DNA of 29,641 bases from Acidobacteriota bacterium (GTDB lineage: Bacteria; Acidobacteriota; Thermoanaerobaculia; Multivoradales; UBA5704), in the NCBI GenBank assembly GCA_040005235.1, contig JBDTZG010000060.1:1-29641 (forward strand), given 5' to 3'. Shown here in pieces: positions 9,150 to 17,245 of this stretch (positions within the stretch are counted from its first letter, which is position 1; each line of letters starts with the position of its first letter). Made by a program: the position numbers and the translations under genes. The notes below the pieces were generated by a model. It had not been told where the DNA came from and ran no database searches. It saw nothing but the letters and a program-made list of their open reading frames with translations.

Positions 9150-11110
9150 CAGGAGCGCAAGATCCACCAGAAGAGGCCCAGAACACCGAGGAAGAAGTAG
9201 AGCGCGTAGTGGCGCACGTTGCCCGTGGTCGTGAGCCGGCCGCCTTCGGCGGAAAGCTCGGTCGCCCAAGCGAGAGCGCGCACCGAGCCGTCGACGATCG
9301 TGTCGTCGAAGCCCTTCCAGAGGAAGCGGGAGAACGATCCGAGCGGCTTGATGATCAGCCGGTCGTAGATCTCATCGACCCAATATTTGCGATCGAGCAG
9401 GCGGTAGACGGCGGGGAAGCGTCGCGCCCACGAAGCACCTCCGAATTCGCCGCGGCCGTACAGTTTGAACGCGTAACCGATGCCGATCAGACCGGCCGCC
9501 ACCGAAGCGATCAGCAGCAGCCAGTCGGTCGAAGCGGCCATCTCGGGATGCTCTACGGCGTGCTCGGGAAGTCGATTGGAAAAATCGGCGATCACCGGCG
9601 ACAGGAAATGATGGAACGAGTTGCCGCCGCCGAGAATCTCTGGAATGCCGACCCAGCCGGAGCCGACCGCGCCGACCGCGAGCACGAGCAGCGGCACGGT
9701 CATCACCCAGGGAGATTCGTGGAGGTGGTGCTCCTGTTCGTGGGTTCCCCGGAACTTGCCGAAGAAAGTCATCGCGACCGCGCGCACCATGTAGAACGCG
9801 GTGAGCCCCGCCGTGAGCAGCCCGATCGCGAACAGCCCCCAGTGGCCGGTCGCCGCGGTGTTGTGCAGAATCTCGTCCTTACTGAAGAAGCCGGCGAAAC
9901 CGGGTACGCCCGCGATTGCCGCGGTGCCGAGCGCGAAGGTCCAGAACGTGACGGGCATGAACTTGCGCAGGTTGCCCATCTTCCGCATGTCTTGCTCGCC
10001 GCCCATCGCGTGGATCACCGAGCCGGAGCCGAGGAAGAGCAGCGCCTTGAAGAACGCGTGGGTGCCGAGGTGGAAAACCGCCGCCGTGTAGGCGCCCAAA
10101 CCCGCCGCGAGGAACATGTAGCCGAGCTGCGAGACGGTCGAGTAGGCGAGCACCTTCTTGATGTCGTTCTGCACCAGGCCGATCGACGCGGCGAGGATCG
10201 CGGTGAACGCGCCGATCACCGCGACGAACGTGCCGATCTCGGGAGCCAGCTGGTAGATCGCATTCGAGCGAACCACCATGTAGACGCCGGCCGTGACCAT
10301 GGTCGCCGCGTGGATCAGGGCGGAGACCGGCGTCGGCCCGGCCATCGCGTCGGGGAGCCAGACGTAGAGCGGAATCTGCGCGCTCTTGCCCATCGCGCCG
10401 ATGAAGAAGCAGAGCGCGACGAAGCCGGCGAACGTGAGGCCGAGCGCGTAGTGCTCTTTAAGTGCCTCGGGCGCGCCGACCACGACGGGGAAGATCTTCG
10501 AGTAGGTGAGCGTGCCGTATTTCGCGGCCAGGGCGAACATGCCGGTCAAGAACGCGAAGTCGCCGATCCGGTTGACGATGAACGCCTTCCGTCCTGCCTG
10601 CGGCGGGAAGCTCTGATCGAAATAGAAGCCGATCAATAGGTAGGAGCAAAGCCCCACCCCTTCCCAGCCGACGAACATGACCAGGAAGTTGTTGCCCAGG
10701 ATCAACAGCAGCATCGCGCCCATGAACAGGTTCAGGTAGGCGAAGTAGCGCCGGTACCCCGGCTCGTGGCTCATGTAGCCGGCGGAGTAGACGTGAATCC
10801 AGAAGCCGACGAACGTGACGATGAACAGCATCACCACCGACAGCGGATCGAGCAGGAACGCGATCGGGATCGAAAAGGTCCCGGTCGTCCAGCTCCAGAG
10901 CGTCTGCTCGAATGGCGCGGGGTTCGTGCCGTGCAGGTATTGCCAGATCGCGGCGAGGGCGACCAGCATCGAAACGCCGGGGAAGCCGACGCCGATGAGA
11001 GTGGCGGTCGCCTTGCCCGCTTTCGGCCAGAACAGGCAGATCAGGCCGTTGAGCGCGGCGCCCGCGATCGGCAGGGCGGGAACGAGCCAGAGGAGGTCGA
11101 GAGATCGCAT
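9149..11110 (-). CDS. nuoL: NADH-quinone oxidoreductase subunit L
   Basis: GWEGVGLCSYLLIGF, KAFIVNRIGD, GKSAQIPLYVWLPDAMAGPTPVSALIHAATMV, HAFFKALLFL. Confidence 0.96.
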   Translation of the reverse strand: MRSLDLLWLVPALPIAGAALNGLICLFWPKAGKATATLIGVGFPGVSMLVALAAIWQYLHGTNPAPFEQTLWSWTTGTFSIPIAFLLDPLSVVMLFIVTFVGFWIHVYSAGYMSHEPGYRRYFAYLNLFMGAMLLLILGNNFLVMFVGWEGVGLCSYLLIGFYFDQSFPPQAGRKAFIVNRIGDFAFLTGMFALAAKYGTLTYSKIFPVVVGAPEALKEHYALGLTFAGFVALCFFIGAMGKSAQIPLYVWLPDAMAGPTPVSALIHAATMVTAGVYMVVRSNAIYQLAPEIGTFVAVIGAFTAILAASIGLVQNDIKKVLAYSTVSQLGYMFLAAGLGAYTAAVFHLGTHAFFKALLFLGSGSVIHAMGGEQDMRKMGNLRKFMPVTFWTFALGTAAIAGVPGFAGFFSKDEILHNTAATGHWGLFAIGLLTAGLTAFYMVRAVAMTFFGKFRGTHEQEHHLHESPWVMTVPLLVLAVGAVGSGWVGIPEILGGGNSFHHFLSPVIADFSNRLPEHAVEHPEMAASTDWLLLIASVAAGLIGIGYAFKLYGRGEFGGASWARRFPAVYRLLDRKYWVDEIYDRLIIKPLGSFSRFLWKGFDDTIVDGSVRALAWATELSAEGGRLTTTGNVRHYALYFFLGVLGLFWWILRS

Positions 11111-11127
11111 CGCTTAAGTTTCGTGTC

Positions 11128-11445
11128 CTACCAGCGCATCAGGTTCAGACGGTTGACGTCGATCGTCCGGCGCTGCCGGTAGACCGCGATGAACAGGCCG
11201 AGGCCGACGGCGGCCTCCGCCGCGGCGACCGCCATGACGAACAGGACCATGATCTGGCCGGTCCGTTCGCCGAGCAGACGCGAGTAGCCGACCAACGCGA
11301 CGTTGGCGGCATTGAGCATCAGCTCGATCGAAAGGAAGATGCCGATGCCGTTGCGCCGCGTGAGCGCGCCGGCCACGCCGATCGCAAACAGGAGCGCGGC
11401 AAGCACCAGGAACCAGGAGACCGGGACGGAATTCGGCAAGCTCAC
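11128..11445 (-). CDS. nuoK: NADH-quinone oxidoreductase subunit K
   Basis: RRN, SIELMLNAAN, VAAAEAAVGL. Confidence 0.95.
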   Translation of the reverse strand: MSLPNSVPVSWFLVLAALLFAIGVAGALTRRNGIGIFLSIELMLNAANVALVGYSRLLGERTGQIMVLFVMAVAAAEAAVGLGLFIAVYRQRRTIDVNRLNLMRW

Positions 11446-11993
11446 GGTTCTACCTCCGAGACAGGTGAGTCTGCGCCGGGAGCCCCGGACGGAGCCGCAG
11501 GAGGTTTACGCGCGACCACCGTAGCGGCGACCACCGCGACCAGGAGCAGCAGGCCGACGATCTCGAACTGCAACAGGTAGCGACCAAACAGGTCGCGGGC
11601 GAACTCGCGGATCGAGACGAACTGTTCCGTCAGCACTCCGGCGTTCCGGGGTTGCGCGGCCCGATAGAGCAGCGGCACCACCAGGCCGATGAACGCGCCC
11701 GCGCCGAGCAGGGCGACCCAGCGGTGGACCGTCTGCCCTTCCTGCTGGTGCTCTTCCTTCGAGATGTTCAAGAGCATCAAGACGAACAGGAACAAAACGA
11801 CGATCGCGCCGGCATAGACCAGCACCTGGAGCGCGCCAATGAACGGCGCGCCGAGCAGCACGAACATCACCGCGAGCGAGAACAGCGTGACCACCAGGCT
11901 CATAGTCGCGTAGACCGGGCTCTTGTGGGTTACCACCATCAGCGCCGACCCGAGCGCCAGCGCGGCAAAGATCAGGAAGATCGCGGTTTCCAT
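11442..11993 (-). CDS. nuoJ: NADH-quinone oxidoreductase subunit J
   Basis: LQVLVYAGAIVVLFLFVLMLL, LF..YLL.FE.VG.LLL. Confidence 0.95.
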   Translation of the reverse strand: METAIFLIFAALALGSALMVVTHKSPVYATMSLVVTLFSLAVMFVLLGAPFIGALQVLVYAGAIVVLFLFVLMLLNISKEEHQQEGQTVHRWVALLGAGAFIGLVVPLLYRAAQPRNAGVLTEQFVSIREFARDLFGRYLLQFEIVGLLLLVAVVAATVVARKPPAAPSGAPGADSPVSEVEP

Positions 11994-13025
11994 TTACCCC
12001 ACCCCCGGAAACCAGCCGGCGAGCGTCGCTACCGCCACCGCCAAGAAATTCAAGATCGCGAGCGGCAGCAGCACTTTCCATCCGAGCCGCATCAGCTGGT
12101 CGTAACGGAACCGCGGGAAGGTCCAGCGGACCCAGACGTAGAACAGCATGAACAGGGAGACTTTGCCGAATAGGACGGCCAGGCCGACGATCGCGCCGAG
12201 CCAGCCGGTGAGATGAACCCAAGGCAAAGTCCAGCCGCCGAAGTAGAGCGTCACCGCGAGCATCGACAGAGCGGTCATCGAGATGTACTCGCCCATGAAG
12301 AAGGTGGCGAAGCGCATCGCGCCGTACTCGGTGTGGAAGCCGGCGATCAGCTCGGACTCGGCCTCCGGCAGGTCGAACGGCAGGCGGTTCGTCTCGGCGA
12401 ACATGGCGATAAGAAAGACCAGGAAGCCGATCGCCTGCGGGATCACCATCCAGAGGTGTTTCTGCTGGTAGGCGACCACGTCCGGCAGGTAAAACGATCC
12501 GGCGGGAATCAGCGCCGCGAGCACGGCGACGGTGAGTGCCAGCTCGTAGCTGATCAGCTGAGCCGAGGCGCGGATGCCGCCGAGCAGCGAGAACTTGTTG
12601 TTCGAGGCGTAGCCCGCGGTGATCAAGCTGTAGACACCGAGCGAAGAGAGCGCCAGGAAGATCAACACGCCCGCGCTCCCGGTCGAGACGATCATCGGAA
12701 CGGTCTTCCCCGAAACCGTGAGATCGGGGCCGAACGGAATCACCACGTACGTCGAAAGGGCGGGGATGAGCGCGAGGGCCGGGGCCATCAAGTACAACGG
12801 CTTGTCCGCGCCGGCCGGCGTCACGTCCTCTTTGAACATGAATTTGACCGCGTCGGCGACGCCTTGGACCAGGCCCAGCGGCCCGAGCCGGTTCGGTCCC
12901 GGCCGGTCCTGGATGAACGCGCTCATCCGGCGCTCGACCCAGAGCATGATCGGGGCGACGCCAAGGATGAAGATCCCCAACATCAGGGCCATCTTGGCGG
13001 CGGTGGCGAGCAATTCGAATTGCAT
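11994..13025 (-). CDS. nuoH: NADH-quinone oxidoreductase subunit H
   Basis: ERR...IQDRPGPNR.G, AQLISYE, AETNRLPFDLPEAESELIAGFHTEY, PRFRYDQLM. Confidence 0.96.
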   Translation of the reverse strand: MQFELLATAAKMALMLGIFILGVAPIMLWVERRMSAFIQDRPGPNRLGPLGLVQGVADAVKFMFKEDVTPAGADKPLYLMAPALALIPALSTYVVIPFGPDLTVSGKTVPMIVSTGSAGVLIFLALSSLGVYSLITAGYASNNKFSLLGGIRASAQLISYELALTVAVLAALIPAGSFYLPDVVAYQQKHLWMVIPQAIGFLVFLIAMFAETNRLPFDLPEAESELIAGFHTEYGAMRFATFFMGEYISMTALSMLAVTLYFGGWTLPWVHLTGWLGAIVGLAVLFGKVSLFMLFYVWVRWTFPRFRYDQLMRLGWKVLLPLAILNFLAVAVATLAGWFPGVG

Positions 13026-13034
13026 CGCGCGCCT

Positions 13035-14654
13035 CTAGCCTTCCGCCCCGGCGGCTTGCGCGTCGGCAAGCGGCGCGCCGGTCGGCGGGAGCGCTCCAAA
13101 CGTGAATCCAGCCAGGTCGGGCGCCTCGCCCGCAAAGCGGTCGAACACCGCGGCGGGGGAGAGGCCCGCCCACGCCGGATCGAACCGGGCGAGCAGATCG
13201 GAGAGCACCTCGACGCCGCCGCGTACCTGACCGGGTGCAGGGAACGCGGCGCGGAAGCGCTGCACCCTGCGCTGCGAGTTGACGAACGAGCCGTCTTTCT
13301 CCGCATGGGTGGCGATCGGAAGAGCGATGTCCGCCGCCTGCGCAAGGGGCGAGTCGGCCCACGAGAAGACGATTAGGAAGCTCGCCTGCCGGAGGCGCGC
13401 GACTGCGGCGTCATCCCAGGCTGCAGCGCCGAAATCGCCGTCGGCGACCACCAGCGTTGCGCAGCGCGAGGCCGCGTCGCCGTTCAACAAGTCTTCCGCG
13501 GTAAAGGCTCCCGGCCGCCCGGAAAGACCCGCCATCTCCGCGCCGCGCCGGTTCGGCGCCGCTTCGCGGCCGACTACGCCGCCCTGGGGATTGGGAATCC
13601 GGCGCTCGGGGAACGGATCGACCGCCACCGACCGGTGCGGCGTGCCGATCTGGTCGGCGAGTTGGGCGAACAGGTACGCCTCTTCGGTGGTGAGCTGCCC
13701 GGAGCCGAGGATCGCCGTCGCCCCTTCGGCGCTGCGGCTGCGCACCCTCTGGTAAACCGAGTCGAGCGCCTCTTTCCAGGTGGTGGCTTTGCCCTTCACC
13801 CGCGGCGAGGTGAGCCGTGGTCGGTCGCGGTACTTCTCCCAGCTCGCGCGGCCGTCGTCGCACATCCAGTAGTCGTTCACTTCCGGGTTCGTCCGCGGCT
13901 TGTAGCGGCGGATCTTGCCGCGCCGGTGCTCGATCGTGATGTTGCAGCCGGCGTCGCAGCCGGCGCAGATCGACGGCTTCTTATCCAGGTTGAACACGCG
14001 CTCGGCGAAGCGGAAGCGGGTGGAGGTGAGCGCACCCACCGGGCAGACATCGACCACGCAGGTGGCGAGCGGGTTGCTCAGCTCTTTGCCCGGGAACACG
14101 CCGATCTCGGCATGCGAGCCGCGGTTGAAGAAGCCGATCTCGCTGGTTCCCGCGATCTCCTGGGTGAATCGGACGCAGCGGGTGCACTGGATGCAGCGGT
14201 TCATGTTCAAAAGAACGTTGGCGCCGAGCGGAATCCGCTCGCGCCCCGGGTAGGTGCGCTTGTCCTCGAACTCGAATCGCGAGTAGGCCACACCGTGCTT
14301 GAACGAGTAGTCCTGCAATCCGCACTCTCCGGCCTGATCGCAGATCGGGCAGTCGAGCGGATGGTTGATCAGCAGGAACTCCATCATCCCCTTTTGCGCT
14401 TCGTGGACTTCCGGGGTGTCGGTGCGGACTACCATGCCGTCGGCGACCGGGGTGGAGCAACCGGCCTGGAGCTTCGGCATCTTCCTGCCGTTCATCTCGA
14501 CTTCGACCATGCACATGCGGCACTGGCCGACGACCGAAAGGCGCGGGTGGTAGCAGTAGTGGGGGACCTGAACGCCGACCTTCGCGGCGGCCTCGACCAG
14601 GTTGGTGCCCGGCTCGACCTCGAAGGTGCGATCGTTGATCGTGACTTTCGGCAT
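13035..14654 (-). CDS. nuoG: NADH-quinone oxidoreductase subunit G (short, 539 aa)
   Basis: CYHP...G.CRMC (N1b), HPLDCPICDQAGEC (N5), CIQCTRC...CPVGAL (N4), CAGCDAGC...C (N7-type). Confidence 0.92.
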   Translation of the reverse strand: MPKVTINDRTFEVEPGTNLVEAAAKVGVQVPHYCYHPRLSVVGQCRMCMVEVEMNGRKMPKLQAGCSTPVADGMVVRTDTPEVHEAQKGMMEFLLINHPLDCPICDQAGECGLQDYSFKHGVAYSRFEFEDKRTYPGRERIPLGANVLLNMNRCIQCTRCVRFTQEIAGTSEIGFFNRGSHAEIGVFPGKELSNPLATCVVDVCPVGALTSTRFRFAERVFNLDKKPSICAGCDAGCNITIEHRRGKIRRYKPRTNPEVNDYWMCDDGRASWEKYRDRPRLTSPRVKGKATTWKEALDSVYQRVRSRSAEGATAILGSGQLTTEEAYLFAQLADQIGTPHRSVAVDPFPERRIPNPQGGVVGREAAPNRRGAEMAGLSGRPGAFTAEDLLNGDAASRCATLVVADGDFGAAAWDDAAVARLRQASFLIVFSWADSPLAQAADIALPIATHAEKDGSFVNSQRRVQRFRAAFPAPGQVRGGVEVLSDLLARFDPAWAGLSPAAVFDRFAGEAPDLAGFTFGALPPTGAPLADAQAAGAEG

Positions 14655-14684
14655 GCGGGTTCTTTCTGTCTCGATCCAGGAATC

Positions 14685-15971
14685 TTACGCAGCGGCGAAA
14701 TAGCGGCGATGCGGCACGGGGCAGGCGTGCTCGCTGATGTGCTGTTCGATCTCGTCGCGGAACTTCTCGACCAGCGAGCGCACCGGGCCGATCGCGGCGT
14801 CGCCGAGCGCGCAGAGCGAATTGCCGCCGACGTTTTTAGAGACGGAGTAGAGCAGGTCGGCGTCGTTCGGATGGCCGTGCCCGGACTCGATGCGGTGGAG
14901 GATGATCTCCATCCAGTTCGTCCCCTCGCGGCAGGGTGTGCACTGACCGCACGACTCGTGGGCGAAGAATTTCGCCAGTCTTGAGGCAGCGCGCACCATG
15001 CAGGTCGTTTCGTCCATCACGATCACCGCGGCCGAGCCGAGCATCGAGCCGGCTTTCGCCAGGGTGTCGAAATCCATCTTGAGGTGCGATTCGGACGCTT
15101 TCAAGATCGGCGCTGAGGCGCCACCCGGAATGAACGCTTTGAGCGTGCCGCCCTTGTACATGCCGCCGCAGACTTCGAGCAGCTCGTCGAACGAGACACC
15201 GAGCGGCAGCTCGTAGGTGCCGGGGCGCTCGACGTGGCCGGAGACGGCGTAGAGCTTCGGGCCGGTGTTCCGCTCATCCGTGCCGATCCCTTTGAACCAG
15301 GCGGCGCCGCGGTTGATGATGTGCGGCACGTTGCACAGCGTCTCGACGTTGTTGATCACGGTGGGGCAGCCGAACGCGCCGACCACGGCGGGGAACGGCG
15401 GTTTCACGCGCGGCTGGCCGCGCTTGCCTTCGAGCGACTCCAACATCCCCGTCTCTTCGCCGCAGATGTAGGCGCCCGCCCCCATGTGGACGTACATGTC
15501 GAGCTTCCAGCCGGAGCCCATCACGCTGTCGCCCAAAATCCCCGCCTGGTAGGCCTCGTGGATCGCGGCTTCCAGAATCCGCGCCGCCTTGGTGTACTCG
15601 CCGCGGATGTAGATATAGGTCGTGTTCGCGCCTACAGCGCGGCAGCAGATCGCGCACCCCTCGATCAGCTGGTGCGGGTCGTACTCCATCAGCAGCCGGT
15701 CTTTGAACGTCCCGGGCTCGGACTCGTCGGCGTTGCAGACCAGATATTTCGGCTTGTCAATTTTCGGGATGAAGCTCCACTTCATCCCGGCGGGGAAGCC
15801 CGCGCCGCCGCGCCCGCGGAGGCCGGAGTCCTTGACCGCCTGGGTGATCGCGTCCGGCTCCATCTTCAAAGCCGCTTCGAGCGCCGTATAGCCGCCGTTC
15901 TTCTTATAGCCGGCGACGGTCAAAGCGTCGGGATTGCCGACGTTTTGGGTCAGAGTCTTCTCGAAGGCCAT
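14685..15971 (-). CDS. nuoF: NADH-quinone oxidoreductase subunit F
   Basis: GLRGRGGAGF, NADESEPGTFKDR, GAGAYICGEETG, ESCGQCTPCREG. Confidence 0.97.
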   Translation of the reverse strand: MAFEKTLTQNVGNPDALTVAGYKKNGGYTALEAALKMEPDAITQAVKDSGLRGRGGAGFPAGMKWSFIPKIDKPKYLVCNADESEPGTFKDRLLMEYDPHQLIEGCAICCRAVGANTTYIYIRGEYTKAARILEAAIHEAYQAGILGDSVMGSGWKLDMYVHMGAGAYICGEETGMLESLEGKRGQPRVKPPFPAVVGAFGCPTVINNVETLCNVPHIINRGAAWFKGIGTDERNTGPKLYAVSGHVERPGTYELPLGVSFDELLEVCGGMYKGGTLKAFIPGGASAPILKASESHLKMDFDTLAKAGSMLGSAAVIVMDETTCMVRAASRLAKFFAHESCGQCTPCREGTNWMEIILHRIESGHGHPNDADLLYSVSKNVGGNSLCALGDAAIGPVRSLVEKFRDEIEQHISEHACPVPHRRYFAAA

Positions 15972-16489
15972 TACTTCAACCCTCGCACGATCTCCCGAGC
16001 GCTCTCGGGGGTCAGGTTCTCATGGTAGTCATCGTCGATCATCATCATCGGTGCCGTGTCGCACGAGCCGAGGCACTCGAAGTGGATGTAGGAGCAGCGG
16101 CCGTCGTCCGTCACCTCGTCCTCGCCGACGCCCAGTTCCGCGCGCATCGCTTCGAGGATCTCCTCAGCGCCACGCAGCTGGCACGACAGGTTGTTGCACA
16201 CGCGGATGCGGTGCCGGCCGACCGGCTTCAAGTGATAGAGGTCGTAGAACGTGACGACGCCGTAGACCGTCGAGACCGGAAGATCGAGCTCCGCGGCGAC
16301 CGCGGCGATCACCGGCTCGGCGAGCCAGCCGTCGAAATTGCGCTGGGCGATGTGGAGCGCGGGAAGCAAAGCCGCCTGCGCCGTGGGATACCGCTTGCGG
16401 ATCTCGGCGATCTCGGCCTTGGCGGCATCGGGAAGTGTCGCGAGCGCCAGTTCGGCAACCGAGGCGGTCTGTTCGGCGGTGGCGCTCAA
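15971..16489 (-). CDS. nuoE: NADH-quinone oxidoreductase subunit E
   Basis: ALLPALH.AQ, V..VVTFY, VCNNLSC..RG, ECLGSC..AP. Probable TTG start at 16489 overlapping the nuoA stop; the 460-aa ORF-track version is over-extended. Confidence 0.92.
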   Translation of the reverse strand: MSATAEQTASVAELALATLPDAAKAEIAEIRKRYPTAQAALLPALHIAQRNFDGWLAEPVIAAVAAELDLPVSTVYGVVTFYDLYHLKPVGRHRIRVCNNLSCQLRGAEEILEAMRAELGVGEDEVTDDGRCSYIHFECLGSCDTAPMMMIDDDYHENLTPESAREIVRGLK

Positions 16490-16893
16490 CGAAAGGCCTC
16501 CGTGAGGTGGTCCCCGTGCTGCTTCGGGCTCAACATGACGTTCAAGCCGCCCTTGGCCCAGACGTAGGCATAGCCGACGAGGATCAGGCCGACGAACACC
16601 ATCACTGCCCAAAACAGCGGCCAGCCCCCCTCGCGCAGGTGGAGCGCCCAGGGGAACAGAAACGCGGCTTCGAGGTCGAAGATGATGAAGTCGATGGCGA
16701 CCAGGAAGAAGACGATCGACAGCCGTTTGTGAGATCGGTCGAGGAGCGGCAGGCCGGATTCGATCGCGGAGAGGTGGACCGTGCCGCCGCGGATCTGGCT
16801 CTTGCCGAGCAGGTAGGAGAGCATCAGGATCGCGAAACCGACGAACATCGCGATGCCCAGCGTCAAGAGGATCGGATAGTACTGCGAGGGCAC
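16486..16893 (-). CDS. nuoA: NADH-quinone oxidoreductase subunit A
   Basis: ESG, FFLVAI.FIIFDLE..FLFPWA, Y.W.KGGL; GGAGGA RBS before GTG. Confidence 0.93.
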   Translation of the reverse strand: MPSQYYPILLTLGIAMFVGFAILMLSYLLGKSQIRGGTVHLSAIESGLPLLDRSHKRLSIVFFLVAIDFIIFDLEAAFLFPWALHLREGGWPLFWAVMVFVGLILVGYAYVWAKGGLNVMLSPKQHGDHLTEAFR

Positions 16894-16907
16894 TTAGGTC
16901 TTCCTCC

Positions 16908-16938
16908 CTAGGATCTCTCACCGAAGATCCGCAGCTCT
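16908..16938. repeat. 31-bp sequence duplicated at 20359-20390, containing GGATCT-N8-AGATCC
   Basis: CTAGGATCTCTCACCGAAGATCCGCAGCTCT versus CTAGGGATCTCCCACCGAAGATCCGCAGCTCT. Confidence 0.85.
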
Positions 16939-17039
16939 TAGAACTCTCCCCGGAGGCGCCCGAACCCGCAAGCTCAACCGCGCCATTCCCCCAGGTGCCA
17001 GGCACCCGTTTCATGGCCAGGAGCTCGAAGTTCGATCGC

Positions 17040-17057
17040 TCGTGAAGGATGTCACAA
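17040..17057. promoter_or_regulatory. Putative Rex operator upstream of nuoA
   Basis: TCGTGAA-GGAT-GTCACAA matches TTGTGAA-N4-TTCACAA at 12 of 14 positions; upstream of an operon ending in rex. Confidence 0.7.
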
Positions 17058-17075
17058 GCTCCCGGGCGGGGGCAA
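17046..17075 (-). promoter_or_regulatory. Possible sigma70-type promoter of the nuo-rex operon
   Basis: TTGCCC-18 bp-CATCCT with TGn extension; the -10 lies inside the Rex box. Weak consensus match. Confidence 0.3.
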
Positions 17076-17094
17076 GCGGGGGGGCGGGGCCTTT

Positions 17095-17176
17095 CCTGGG
17101 AGCGCCGAGCACCAGCTCGGCACTCGCAGCGGCCGAGATCGCCAAAGCAGCCGAGCTGCTGCTCGGCGCTCCCAGG
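17095..17176. repeat. REP doublet (REPIN-like) family C
   Basis: 27-bp inverted arms CCTGGGAGCGCCGAGCA(C/G)CAGCTCGGC with one mismatch, each an internal GCCGAGC-N4-GCTCGGC hairpin, around a 28-bp spacer. Confidence 0.85.
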
Positions 17177-17245
17177 CTTCGCTGCGGAACTTCCACTGCT
17201 ACGCTTTGCGCTGTTTCCCTGCGAAGGTGTATACCCGGAGCCGCA

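Noticed and set aside
7506-11110. Complex I variant with a duplicated nuoM
   Set aside because: Only one each of nuoL, nuoM and nuoN is present.
6451-16567. Long plus-strand and alternate-frame ORFs across the nuo operon (e.g. 9209-10639, 11506-13362, 13635-14984)
   Set aside because: Shadow ORFs typical of high-GC coding DNA, with no recognisable motifs.
16994-17006. GGTGCC-A-GGCACC palindrome in the nuoA leader as a riboswitch or operator
   Set aside because: Short, single copy in the window and plausible by chance at this GC; no riboswitch consensus recognised.
17042-17245. N-terminal extension of the NLR-like ORF
   Set aside because: It translates the Rex box and the family C repeat; a better RBS and ATG lie at 17246.
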